The notes under the pieces: generated by a model | What the model saw: the letters and a program-made list of their open reading frames with translations, nothing else | Told to the model about the DNA's origin: nothing | Databases searched by the model: none | Part shown: piece after piece, positions 41,096 to 50,522 of the stretch | Position numbering within the stretch: the first letter of the stretch is position 1 | Layout: every line of letters starts with the position of its first letter | Assembly: GCA_040901705.1 (NCBI GenBank) | Contig: JBBDYI010000374.1 | Coordinates: 1-61,337, forward strand | DNA length: 61,337 nt | Direction of reading: 5' to 3' | Source of the DNA: Pirellulales bacterium | Lineage (GTDB): Bacteria > Planctomycetota > Planctomycetia > Pirellulales > PLA5 | Position numbers and translations under genes: made by a program

Positions 41096-42559
41096 ATGAG
41101 GAACCTTCTCATGAAAGAGAAGTTTGCCAGGGACGGCAAATCGTTCGACGCAACGGCCGCCGACGCAGCCAATGCAGCCGCCGGCAACCCGACGGACGAC
41201 GGCCTCACGCCGATGGAAAGCCTGATGATGCGCCGCGAGGTTCGCATCGGCATGGCCATCATTGCCATATTGGTACTGATCTTCGGGTATGTGTTCGTGC
41301 AAAAGATCAACGAGAACGGCTCGGCGGCGACGCCCGTGGCGGACTCGCAGCGGTCCAGCGAGCCGGCAGCGAATGAGGCCGCGGCCGCTGATCCGCCGCC
41401 GACGGTCGTGACGGGCGACGCGGGCTATCGGCCGATCGTCGGTTCGCCCTCCGTCGCAGCGGGACGGGGCGGCGCGTATGCAACCGACGTCGCTCACGAT
41501 GATCTTTCGCCCCCCAACAAATCGTACTTGCCGCCGCGCAGCGCGATCGACGCCACCGCGACGTACGCCGCGAAGCCGGGCGATACCCAAGAATCGGACG
41601 TCTCCACGGCAATCGACCATCGGTCCGCGGCGTCCGACCATGCGAAGTATCTACCGAACGATGTACCGAGGGTGGGCGTCACCGCCCCACCGGACGCGCC
41701 AGCGTATCCCCACGACGGTCGCGGCGTTGCCCTAGCGGGCGATGCGGCAACCGACGCTCCGTCTGCGGTCGCGTCGTCGGACGACGCAGCCCGCACCGCG
41801 GCATCGCGATACGCCGACTCTCCACCGCGCGGCATCGCGGACTATCCGGTCGCGGACCATGGCGAAGGAAACGCCGAGCCGCCGCCGGCGAAGTCGATCG
41901 CCATCGAGGCAACGCCGGTCGACGAACCATCCCCGATCGTCGAACCAATTCCGACGCACGATACGCCCGCGGCCAGCGATCCGCCGGCTGGCATTGCGCA
42001 ACAGCCGGCTGCCGACGAGCCTCGCAATCGTACTTACGTCACCGTGAACGGCGACACGCCGGCTTCGATCGCCGAGCGGCTTTACGGCGACGACCGCTAT
42101 GCCGCGGCGTTGATGGCCTACAATGGCGTCGACATCGCTCCCGACGTCGGCGTCAACGCGGGCGGCGAAGTTCTCGTCCCGCAATTGGTCGATCTACGTC
42201 GGGCGTTTGCGCAACTGATTCCCGACGATTCGTCGCACTCCGTTGCAGCGGATGTGGCGACGGCGAACGCACCCAGGGACCAAGTTCCAAATAACGCCGC
42301 GGTAGCGAATCGCGACGACGTCGCGGCCCACGCGAACAACGTCGCCACGCGAGTTTACCAGGTCGCCCGCGGCGAAACGGTGTACGACATCGCGCGCAAA
42401 GAGTTGGGCCGCGTGTCGCGATGGCGGGAGATTCTGCAGCTCAATCAGGATCAACTCGGCGGCGACATCGACGCCGTCGCGCCGGGCATGAAGCTTCGCC
42501 TGCCCGAAGACGGCCGCGCCGAAGTTGCGCGGCAACGCGGCGAACTGTTGTGGCGCTGA
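41096..42559 (+). CDS. bitopic membrane protein with a long low-complexity linker and two C-terminal LysM peptidoglycan-binding domains
   Basis: TM helix VRIGMAIIAILVLIFGYVFV (about 41238-41300). An Ala/Pro/Asp-rich ~270-aa linker follows. LysM-like units: TYVTVNGDTPASIAERLYGDDRYAAALMAYNG...GEVLVP and VYQVARGETVYDIARKELGRVSRWREILQLN...GMKLRLP. Confidence 0.8.
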   Translation: MRNLLMKEKFARDGKSFDATAADAANAAAGNPTDDGLTPMESLMMRREVRIGMAIIAILVLIFGYVFVQKINENGSAATPVADSQRSSEPAANEAAAADPPPTVVTGDAGYRPIVGSPSVAAGRGGAYATDVAHDDLSPPNKSYLPPRSAIDATATYAAKPGDTQESDVSTAIDHRSAASDHAKYLPNDVPRVGVTAPPDAPAYPHDGRGVALAGDAATDAPSAVASSDDAARTAASRYADSPPRGIADYPVADHGEGNAEPPPAKSIAIEATPVDEPSPIVEPIPTHDTPAASDPPAGIAQQPAADEPRNRTYVTVNGDTPASIAERLYGDDRYAAALMAYNGVDIAPDVGVNAGGEVLVPQLVDLRRAFAQLIPDDSSHSVAADVATANAPRDQVPNNAAVANRDDVAAHANNVATRVYQVARGETVYDIARKELGRVSRWREILQLNQDQLGGDIDAVAPGMKLRLPEDGRAEVARQRGELLWR

Positions 42560-42563
42560 GCGT

Positions 42564-42818
42564 CTAACCGCCCGCGACCGGTTGCAGCAACATCAACTCT
42601 GCGTCGTCGACTAGCGGAACATTTTCGTAGTCGCCGAGCGTTCCCAGGTGCCGTCCGGCGGCGATGACCAGCGTGCTCGCCGCAAGTTGGCCAATCGCGT
42701 CCGGACCGAACGCGGCGGCCAGCGCGTCGGCGACCGTCGCGCCGTCGGACAATTCGACCACATCCGGCGTTTGGGCGGCATCGTACCCTCGACCGGCGAT
42801 CACCAGGCGAATCTTCAT
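42564..42818 (-). CDS. MoaD/ThiS-family ubiquitin-like sulfur-carrier protein (C-terminal Gly-Gly)
   Basis: 84 aa, ending ...LLQPVAGG-stop. Its ATG overlaps the stop of the upstream E1-like gene (ATGA at 42815-42818). Confidence 0.75.
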   Translation of the reverse strand: MKIRLVIAGRGYDAAQTPDVVELSDGATVADALAAAFGPDAIGQLAASTLVIAAGRHLGTLGDYENVPLVDDAELMLLQPVAGG

Positions 42819-43600
42819 GGCGTCCCTCCCTTGCCCGCCGCAGACCGATCAAGCGCATTTGCACAGACCGGGCAGTTGGGATTGCGGCGCAACTCGACGA
42901 CCGACGGCACGCCGCGAAACCCGTCGTACACGAGCATTTTGCCCAGCATCGGCACGCCTGTGCCGGAAAGAATCTTGATCGCTTCAAGCGCGGCCAGCGA
43001 TCCGATGGCCGACGAGATTGCGCCGACAACGGGGAAAAACTCCTCGAACGGCGGTTCCGTGGGATAAACGCACGCCAGGCAGGCTGTCCGGCCCGGTTCC
43101 AGGACGATTAGCGTGCCGCCCAGCCCCCACTGCGCCGCGTCGATCAACGGCTTGCCGGCAGCAACTGCGGCACGATTGAGCCGCAGGCGTTCCTCGAACG
43201 TCGGCGGGCAGGAGATCAACAGATCGCAGCGCCGAGCGAGCGCGTCGGCCTCGGCGTCGTCCGGTTCGTGGTCGACCGACTCGACGGCGACAAAACGATT
43301 CAGCTCGCGCAGCCGCTCGGCGAAGTGTTCTGCCCGCAGCCGCCCAATGCCCGCTTCGCTGCCGAGCACCTGGCGGTTCAAATCCGGCGAGATCATCGCG
43401 CCGCCGTGAGCGATGATGACGCGGCCGACTCCGGCCATGACCAGTGCCTGCGCCGCCGGCCCGCCCATGCCGCCAACGCGCGTGACGAGCACCGTCGACG
43501 CTTTCAGTCGCGCTTGCCCTTCGCGCGACAACACCGCCGGCCCGATCTGCCGGGCATAGCGCTCCCATTCGGCGTTGGACAAAGACGTCTTATCGGACAT
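42815..43600 (-). CDS. ThiF/MoeB/HesA-family E1-like adenylyltransferase
   Basis: RYARQI...LKASTVLVTRVGGMGGPAAQALVMAGVGRVII (nucleotide-binding loop), with paired CxxC motifs (CLAC, CPVC). ATG at 43600 (MSDKTSL). The longer track ORF up to 43768 overlaps argJ and looks spurious. Confidence 0.85.
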   Translation of the reverse strand: MSDKTSLSNAEWERYARQIGPAVLSREGQARLKASTVLVTRVGGMGGPAAQALVMAGVGRVIIAHGGAMISPDLNRQVLGSEAGIGRLRAEHFAERLRELNRFVAVESVDHEPDDAEADALARRCDLLISCPPTFEERLRLNRAAVAAGKPLIDAAQWGLGGTLIVLEPGRTACLACVYPTEPPFEEFFPVVGAISSAIGSLAALEAIKILSGTGVPMLGKMLVYDGFRGVPSVVELRRNPNCPVCANALDRSAAGKGGTP

Positions 43601-43748
43601 CGGGCAGGAAGATGAGTGGGACGAAAGGATTGGTGGTGATTGGAAAACGGCGAACTGCGAATCAAGAACAAGAGCGATCGGCGCCCGCAGTGACTCCACC
43701 GAGTAGCGATGTCGTGCTTGCAGCCGCGCGTCGCCGAATTCGATCACC

Positions 43749-44969
43749 CTACGTCGTATAATCCGCATTCAACCGCACGTACTCCGCCGTCAGATCGGTT
43801 GTCCAGAACCGCACCGATGCCGCGCCGGCCGCCAGCTTGAGTACGATGCTCGTGTCGCGCTGCTCGCGGATCGACTGCGACACGGTTGCTGCTTCGAACG
43901 GCACCGGCGCGCCGCCGCGGTAGAGCAAATGGCCGTTGACGATTAGCTCGATGCCGAGCGGATCGAAATCCACGTCCGCATAACCGACCGCCGACACGAT
44001 CCGCCCCCAATTCGGATCGGCCCCGGCGATCGCCGTCTTCACCAACGGGCTGTCGGCGACGCTCTTGGCGATTGCGTGGGCGTCGTCGCGCGTGCGGCAG
44101 CCGGTGACGTCGATCGTTATCAAGTGCGTCGCGCCCTCGCCGTCGGTGGGAATCGCTTTGGCAAGCTCCGCGCAAACTTCGTGCAAGGCCGCGCGAAACG
44201 TCTCCAGGTCGGCAGCGGCGAGCGGCTGGTTCCCCGCCGTCGAGGTCGTCTCGCCGGGCCGCGACGCGCCGTTGGCCAGCAGCAGCACCGTATCGTTTGT
44301 GCTCATGTGGCCGTCGACGCTGATGCAATTGAACGTGTCGACCACGGCCGCGGAAAGCAACTCCTGGGCCTGCGACGGCGCGAGCGGCGCGTCGGTCAGG
44401 ATCAGCCCGAGCATCGTTCCCATGTTCGGGGCGATCATCGCCGCGCCCTTGGCCATGCCCAGCACGTGCGCCGGCCCGAACGAAAGCTCCGCGGTGCGGC
44501 CTGACAACTTGTGAACCGTATCGGTCGTCATCATTCCGCGGGCTGCGGCGACGAGCATTTCTTCTCCGCGGTCGAGTTTCTCGGCGGCCGCGGCGATGCC
44601 GGCCGCGATCTTGTCCATCGGCATGAAGAACCCGATTACGCCAGTCGAGAGGACAAGCGCCTGGTCGGCACTCGCGCCACACGTCGCGGCGGCCAGCCGA
44701 GCCATTTCCGCCGCGTCGGCGAGGCCCCGCTCGCCGGTGCAAGCGTTCGCGTTGCCCGAATTGATCGCCACGGCCCGAAACCCATCGCCGGGCGTCCGCG
44801 CGCGATCGAAGGCGACCGGCGCGGCGAACACTTTATTCTTCGTGTACACTCCGGCGGCCACGGCCGGCCGGTCCGACACGATGAGCGACAAGTCCTGCTT
44901 GTTCGGATTCCGCTTGATGCCGGCATGAACGCCGGCCAGACGAAACGCGGCGGGGATGGTGAGAGACAT
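43749..44969 (-). CDS. argJ: bifunctional ornithine acetyltransferase / N-acetylglutamate synthase ArgJ
   Basis: MSLTIPAAFRLAGVHAGIK...NSGNANACTG...MMTTDT...APNMGTMLGLILTDA (autoprocessing Thr)...SVDGHMSTNDTV...ADPNWGRI...NADYTT. ATG at 44969. The 653-aa track ORF is an upstream in-frame extension. Confidence 0.92.
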   Translation of the reverse strand: MSLTIPAAFRLAGVHAGIKRNPNKQDLSLIVSDRPAVAAGVYTKNKVFAAPVAFDRARTPGDGFRAVAINSGNANACTGERGLADAAEMARLAAATCGASADQALVLSTGVIGFFMPMDKIAAGIAAAAEKLDRGEEMLVAAARGMMTTDTVHKLSGRTAELSFGPAHVLGMAKGAAMIAPNMGTMLGLILTDAPLAPSQAQELLSAAVVDTFNCISVDGHMSTNDTVLLLANGASRPGETTSTAGNQPLAAADLETFRAALHEVCAELAKAIPTDGEGATHLITIDVTGCRTRDDAHAIAKSVADSPLVKTAIAGADPNWGRIVSAVGYADVDFDPLGIELIVNGHLLYRGGAPVPFEAATVSQSIREQRDTSIVLKLAAGAASVRFWTTDLTAEYVRLNADYTT

Positions 44970-45037
44970 GGCGTTCCTAGCGAGGGACAAGTAGTTCCGC
45001 GAGTTCGTTCGAGAGTGCTCGGTGTGCGGACGACGAG

Positions 45038-46045
45038 TTACAGCGCCGTCGTTTCCGCATACCCGAACATCAAATTGAAATTCTGCACGGCCGCGCCGGA
45101 CGCGCCTTTGATCAGGTTGTCCAGGCAACTGATCGTCACCACGCGGCCACGGACGAGGCGAACCGTTACGTCGACGAAGTTCGTATCGGCCGTGTCCTTG
45201 GTGCCCGGCAAATGTTCGACAACGCGGACGAACGGCTCGTCGGCGTAAAAGGTGCGGAGCGCGTCGAGCAGCATTTCTTCGGTCGCGTCGCCGGTCGGCC
45301 GCGAGTAGGTCGTCGTCAGGATGCCGCGGTCCATCGGAATCAGGTGCGGCGTGAAGATAACCTCGACCGACTTGCCGCAGGAGAGCGAGCAGATGCGGTC
45401 GATCTCCGGCGTGTGCCGATGGCGGCCGACATTGTAGGCCGAGACGCTTTCGTTGCATTCCGGATAGTGCGTGGTCAGTTTCGGCGTGCGTCCTGCGCCG
45501 GAAACGCCGCTTTTGCTGTCGACGACGATGTCGCGCGGCTCGATGAGGCCGGCCTTGAGCAGCGGGGCGAGCGCGATGATCGCCGACGTCGGATAGCAAC
45601 CGGGATTGGCCACCAGCGGAGCATCGACGATCGCCTCGCGGAACAGTTCCGGCAGTCCGTACGGCGTCTTGCCCAGTCGCGCGGCATCGGGATGCTTGTG
45701 CTCGTACCACTGGCTGTACGTTTCGGCGTCGCCGAGACGATAGTCGGCGCTGAAATCGATCACCCGCGATCCGGCCGCGATGACCGCCGAACAGAACTCG
45801 GCGCTGGCGGCGTGGGGCAAGCAGCTAAACACACACTCGGCCCGCCCAGCGACCTGAGCCGGTGCGAGGTTTTCCAGCCGGATGTCCAGCCGGCGGGCCA
45901 GCGCCGGGTGGACCGACGCGATATGGGCGTTGCCTTCCTGACGGCTAGTAACCGCCGTAATCTCAACGTGAGGATGCCGCAGCAGGAGCTTGATCAGCTC
46001 GAGCGCGGTATAGCCGGAGGCGCCAAGAATCGCAACTCGGGTCAT
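45038..46045 (-). CDS. argC: N-acetyl-gamma-glutamyl-phosphate reductase ArgC
   Basis: MTRVAILGASGYTALELIKLL..HP...NPGCYPTS...SKSGVSGAGR...HRHTPEI. Confidence 0.93.
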   Translation of the reverse strand: MTRVAILGASGYTALELIKLLLRHPHVEITAVTSRQEGNAHIASVHPALARRLDIRLENLAPAQVAGRAECVFSCLPHAASAEFCSAVIAAGSRVIDFSADYRLGDAETYSQWYEHKHPDAARLGKTPYGLPELFREAIVDAPLVANPGCYPTSAIIALAPLLKAGLIEPRDIVVDSKSGVSGAGRTPKLTTHYPECNESVSAYNVGRHRHTPEIDRICSLSCGKSVEVIFTPHLIPMDRGILTTTYSRPTGDATEEMLLDALRTFYADEPFVRVVEHLPGTKDTADTNFVDVTVRLVRGRVVTISCLDNLIKGASGAAVQNFNLMFGYAETTAL

Positions 46046-46355
46046 GGCTGGCGGTTTCGTGAAGCGAAGAATTCGGAGTACGCAAAGTCGTCAACGTAAC
46101 GCGAAACGCAAAGCGGCGGCGGAATTGGCGGCCCGCCGACCGGCGGCGCGTCGGAACGCGCGTCAATATACGACGCTCGCGGCGGCAGCGCAAGTGGTTT
46201 GGCGACGGTGCGTGCATGGGGGCGGCCAATCGTGTGGATCGGGTGAGCCGGCGATCGTTCGCCGGCGATTAGAATGACGTGGCGCATCGCTATGAGGTTC
46301 GCGCCACCAGTGCGGCGCTCGATTCGAATCGGCGTCCATGTTGGACGGCCCCGGC

Positions 46356-46610
46356 CTAATGCGTCCGCCGCGCATCGTCCGACGCCGACGATAGATCGAT
46401 GTTCACCAGCGGCAAGGTCTTGCCCGCCATCGACGCACCGTCCGTCGACGCACCATCGGCAGCCGTCCCGCTCGCCGGACATTTCGCACATCCGCCGCAA
46501 CCACCCGCGCGGCCTAAGCCGGCAGTTCGCCGCCAACAACTCATGGCGAGATAGACCGTCGCGGCCGCGACGGCCAATACGACGCCGACCTGTTGCGCGA
46601 ATTCGTTCAT
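46356..46610 (-). CDS. small membrane protein with a Cys-rich motif (resembles the FeoB-associated Cys-rich / p12 family)
   Basis: One TM helix (VGVVLAVAAATVYLAMSCW) followed by GGCGGCAKC. It starts 9 nt after the stop of the upstream DHQS-like gene. The tail is longer than I expect for this family. Confidence 0.45.
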   Translation of the reverse strand: MNEFAQQVGVVLAVAAATVYLAMSCWRRTAGLGRAGGCGGCAKCPASGTAADGASTDGASMAGKTLPLVNIDLSSASDDARRTH

Positions 46611-46618
46611 CGCAGCGT

Positions 46619-47854
46619 CTATGCCAAGGGCAAGGCAAATTCACCCGGCGACCGTGCGTACGTCGCTACATAATCGATCGCCTGCCGCATCAAATCGTGG
46701 TCCACCTCGTGAACTTCGATCGGATCGCCGACGCCGCGAAGCATGGTCAGCGTCAGCCGTCCGCCGAGGTGCTGGCGAAATTCCTCCAGGCCGCCGAACA
46801 ACGCGTCGCGGCGGTCGAGCACCGGATAGTCGAAGGCGAAACCCAAGTCGCCGAGACATCGCAACACCCGCTCGGCCGTTTCCTCGGCCAGCCCCAGCGC
46901 CAGCGACGAATACACCGTATCGATCGCCACGCCGATCGCCACCGCTTCGCCGTGTCGCAGCTCGAAATCCGTCATCGCTTCGAGCTTGTGCGCCGACCAG
47001 TGTCCGAAATCGAGCGGGCGGGCTTCGAGCGCCTCGAACGGATCGCCGCCCCGCGTGATGTGGTCCAGATGCAGCATCGCGGAGCGGCGGATGATCGGCA
47101 TCGCGACGTCCCGCTTGCGGCGGCGTACTTCCGTGGCCTCGGCACATAGCAATTCGAACAGCGCCGGGTCTTTGAGCAGCGAGACCTTCACCGCTTCGGA
47201 AAAGCCGGCCACGAAGTCGCGGTCGCTCAGCGTCGAGAGCAGCGCTTCGTCGTTGATCACCGCCCAGGGCACGGCGAACGAGCCGACCCAGTTCTTCTTG
47301 CCGAACAGATTGACGCCGTTCTTGACGCCGATGGCGGAGTCGCCTTGTGCCAGCGTGGTCGTCGGCAAACGCACGAGCCGAATGCCGCGATGGGCGATCG
47401 CCGCTGCAAATCCGACCGCGTCGAGCACCGCCCCGCCGCCGATCACCACGACGTAACTTCGCCGATCCAGTTCCGCCGCGTTCATCACCTTGAGCATCCG
47501 TTCGAGGATGTGAATGTCGTTCTTCACATCCTCGCCGCCGGGCACGACTTGCAGCGACCCGACACAGCGAATCCGCCGCCGGTGCCGGTCCGCGAACCGC
47601 CGAATCCGCTCGCGCAACAGGGGCATCGCCGAGAGCACGTTCTCGTCGACCCAAAACTGCACCCGCGGCGGCGCGTCGCCGGATGGTTCGATGGCGGCGA
47701 GCAACACGTCCTGCTCGTCCGCCAGCACGTCGCGCGTAAAACGGACGCGGTGGCTCTGCGGCACGGAAAACGAAACGTCGATCGAGCGGTCGTCGGAGGC
47801 GGGATTCAAGGCAGGCAGGCGGGGTTGGAGAAGGTGGGCGGTGTCGCGTCGCAT
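46619..47854 (-). CDS. 3-dehydroquinate synthase family protein (sugar-phosphate cyclase superfamily); assignment to canonical AroB uncertain
   Basis: [47 protein letters not shown]...[14 protein letters not shown] at 47854 (MRRDTAHLL). The 531-aa track ORF extends upstream through an AT-richer, promoter-like stretch. Confidence 0.8.
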   Translation of the reverse strand: MRRDTAHLLQPRLPALNPASDDRSIDVSFSVPQSHRVRFTRDVLADEQDVLLAAIEPSGDAPPRVQFWVDENVLSAMPLLRERIRRFADRHRRRIRCVGSLQVVPGGEDVKNDIHILERMLKVMNAAELDRRSYVVVIGGGAVLDAVGFAAAIAHRGIRLVRLPTTTLAQGDSAIGVKNGVNLFGKKNWVGSFAVPWAVINDEALLSTLSDRDFVAGFSEAVKVSLLKDPALFELLCAEATEVRRRKRDVAMPIIRRSAMLHLDHITRGGDPFEALEARPLDFGHWSAHKLEAMTDFELRHGEAVAIGVAIDTVYSSLALGLAEETAERVLRCLGDLGFAFDYPVLDRRDALFGGLEEFRQHLGGRLTLTMLRGVGDPIEVHEVDHDLMRQAIDYVATYARSPGEFALPLA

Positions 47855-48232
47855 CAAAGACAATTTACACGAATTCCGCGTGGAATTACCGAGTCGGATC
47901 GACGATGCCATAGAATGATAGAAAGCTGCGAGTCGCCGGCATCCAAAAGTCATTATACGCAAGCCTGACCGCAGCAGCCACACTCTCCCAAAAGGGTGGT
48001 TTCCGCGTGCGTGTTGCAATTCTCGGCATCGATCGCGTTTGTCGATATCGCATGGCGCTTGCCAGAGTAATATCGCATTGGCGAGAGCCGTTTTCGCGAT
48101 CGGCCTTGCTCCAGCGGCGAGCTTCGATACCATGACGCCCCGATCAGTCCGCGCACCGCACCAGCACGACATCGAATTCGAATTGCCGATCGCGGCATCC
48201 GGTTCGCCGTACATTTTCCGCCGAGGCCATCA

Positions 48233-49333
48233 ATGAAGCGTCTTTCCGGCATCGCCTTTCGCAGCCGCCCGCTCGTTGGAGCGGTCGTATTGCTTGCCGT
48301 CGCCGGATTCGCCGCCAACGGCGATTGCTTCGCCCAGCAACGGCTGATTGTCGACCTACCGATGCGAAGTGAATTGCCCGCGCCGCCACAATCGGCGCTG
48401 CAGTCCGCCAAAGGCGGCGCGCCCGACTGGCTCGACAGCGCGATCGCCTGGACCGACCAACTTTACTTTCGCGGCTGGCGAATTCAACGGCACGTCAAAT
48501 CCAATGAATTCCGCCTGCTCGACGAAGACGACGCCCAACAGGCCGCGGGCACATACGACGAATGCAACGCCGCCCTCGATCGCATCAAGCAAGAAAAGCA
48601 CCTCGAACCGATGCGGGGCAAAGTCGTTATCCTGCTGCACGGATTGGCTGCGCCGCGGTGGTCGATGAAGCCGCTGGCGGCTTACCTGCACAAGCATGGC
48701 GAGTACGAAACCATCATCGTCGAGTACGCCAGCCTCCGCTCCTCGATCGACGACGCGGCGGTCGGTCTGGCCAACATCATCAAGAATCTCGAAGGCGTCG
48801 AGGAAATCAACCTCGTCGGCCACAGCATGGGCAATATCGTCATTCGCCGCTATCTGGCCGGCGACGAATCGCCGAAACTCGGTTGGAAGCCCGACCGGCG
48901 CATCGGCCGCATCGTGATGATCGCGCCGCCGAATCACGGTTCGATTACCGCCACTCAGCTTTCCGACACATCGACGTTCAAGACGGTCTTCGGCGCCTCG
49001 GGCGTGCAACTGGGAAAGAAATGGAAGGATCTCGAACCGCGACTCGCCACGCCCAGCGGCGAGTTCGGCATCATCGCCGGCGGATACGGTAACCCGCTCG
49101 GGCTCAACCCGTTCGTTCCCGGCGACGACGACGGTCGCATCGGCGTGGAAGAAACGCGGTTGGGCGGCGCTTCGGACTCGCTCGTCATCGGCGCGGTCCA
49201 CGAGTTCATCGTCTTCGATCCGCGCGTGTTCGAGTTCACGGATCGGTTCCTGGCTTCGGGCTATTTCGTATCCGCCGACGAGAAACGCGCGATCCCGAAG
49301 GAATCGGTCGCCCGGCGTCCGCAGGACCGCTAG
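48233..49333 (+). CDS. secreted alpha/beta hydrolase (lipase/esterase-like)
   Basis: Signal-like N-terminus (LVGAVVLLAVAGFAANGDCFAQ), oxyanion-region VVILLHGL, and nucleophile elbow GHSMGN. Confidence 0.8.
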   Translation: MKRLSGIAFRSRPLVGAVVLLAVAGFAANGDCFAQQRLIVDLPMRSELPAPPQSALQSAKGGAPDWLDSAIAWTDQLYFRGWRIQRHVKSNEFRLLDEDDAQQAAGTYDECNAALDRIKQEKHLEPMRGKVVILLHGLAAPRWSMKPLAAYLHKHGEYETIIVEYASLRSSIDDAAVGLANIIKNLEGVEEINLVGHSMGNIVIRRYLAGDESPKLGWKPDRRIGRIVMIAPPNHGSITATQLSDTSTFKTVFGASGVQLGKKWKDLEPRLATPSGEFGIIAGGYGNPLGLNPFVPGDDDGRIGVEETRLGGASDSLVIGAVHEFIVFDPRVFEFTDRFLASGYFVSADEKRAIPKESVARRPQDR

Positions 49334-49688
49334 CGACGAATGCATCGCCAGCCGCCGATTCGACGCGGATCCAGTTTTTCTCGGAGTTGTTCGATTTGGC
49401 GAATTCTCCCGACTGCGACAGGCTAGCCCCGTCGGTGGCATGCTCGGCGCGGAGAAAAAGTCCGGCGAACTCCAAAAAACCGCGTGCCAGCCACGGCGGC
49501 CAACGCTAGAATGCATCGTGGCCGTATCCCGTCTCGATTTTCCGGACGGCGCAGGGCTACACGAACCGCGTCGGCATCGTCGACAACCAACGTGGTCCGC
49601 GCCGAAGGAGTTTCGCTCGTCGAGCGGCTCGATCGGCCTGGCATGCGGTTTCCCGCGACTCGGCCTCCTTGAATTGCGAAGTTTTCCT

Positions 49689-50522
49689 ATGAGAGTATCC
49701 GTCGCCTCGGGATGCGAGCAGCGATTCACCGCGGATGGGACGCCGCTGAGCTATTACGACGTCGGTTCCGGCGAAGTGCCCGTCGTGTTGCTCCACGGTC
49801 TGTTCGGCAGCCCGTCCAATTGGCTGCCGATCATGCACGAGTTGGAATCGCACTATCGCTTCCTCGCGCTGCAGCTTCCGATCGACGCCGCCGGCCAGCG
49901 CCGCCTGGGCAAGTTCGAATCGATCGATCAGCTTACCGATTACGTCGCCGCATTTTTCGACGAACTCGAACTCGACCGTGCGGTGATCGTCGGCAACTCG
50001 CTGGGCGGACAGGTTGGGCTCGACTACTACCTGCGCTGCCCCGAGCGCGTCGAACGACTCGTGCTCGCCGGCAGTGCGGGCCTTTTCGAGCGCAACCTCG
50101 CCAGCGGCAAGCGGTGGCGAATCTGCCGGCAGTTCATCCGCGAGCAAGCCAGCCAGATTTTTTACGATCCCGCGATCGTGTGCAATGAATTGGTCGACGA
50201 CATCTACGACATCCTAAGCGACCGCGGCCATCGCAAGCTGATCGTTCAAGTCGCCAAATCGACGCGCGACCGCTACATGCTCGACGACTTGGCGCGCGTC
50301 GACATCCCCACGCTAATCGTGTGGGGCAAAGACGACACGATCACGCCTCCGTTTGTCGCCGAGCAGTTCGGCGACCACATTCGCGGGTCCAAGCGTATCT
50401 TTATCGATGAGTGCGGACACGCGCCGCCGATCGAACAGCCCGCCGCGTTTGCCCGCGCGCTCCACGACTTTCTCGGCGACCTGGCGTCGACCGGATTCGT
50501 CGCACCCAGCCAACCGCGGTGA
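49689..50522 (+). CDS. alpha/beta hydrolase
   Basis: VPVVLLHGLFGS, GNSLGG nucleophile elbow, C-terminal ...CGHAPPIEQP (catalytic His region). ATG at 49689; the track ORF opens earlier at 49440. Confidence 0.85.
   Translation: MRVSVASGCEQRFTADGTPLSYYDVGSGEVPVVLLHGLFGSPSNWLPIMHELESHYRFLALQLPIDAAGQRRLGKFESIDQLTDYVAAFFDELELDRAVIVGNSLGGQVGLDYYLRCPERVERLVLAGSAGLFERNLASGKRWRICRQFIREQASQIFYDPAIVCNELVDDIYDILSDRGHRKLIVQVAKSTRDRYMLDDLARVDIPTLIVWGKDDTITPPFVAEQFGDHIRGSKRIFIDECGHAPPIEQPAAFARALHDFLGDLASTGFVAPSQPR

Noticed and set aside
41026-41376. 116-aa ORF overlapping the start of the LysM protein gene.
   Set aside because: It is out of frame with an ORF that has a clear TM helix and LysM domains, and its sequence is Arg-rich.
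43601-43768. 56-codon N-terminal extension of the E1-like ORF.
   Set aside because: It overlaps the argJ 3' end. ThiF/MoeB homology starts after MSDKTSL (ATG 43600).
44970-45710. Upstream 247-codon extension of the argJ ORF (the track calls 43749-45710, 653 aa).
   Set aside because: The extension overlaps argC out of frame and is Arg-rich nonsense. Canonical ArgJ begins at MSLTIPAAF (ATG 44969).
47855-48214. 120-codon N-terminal extension of the DHQS-like ORF (an ATG at 47911 is also possible).
   Set aside because: It runs through an AT-richer, promoter-like divergent region and shows no similarity to DHQS N-termini. I chose ATG 47854, but with only moderate certainty.
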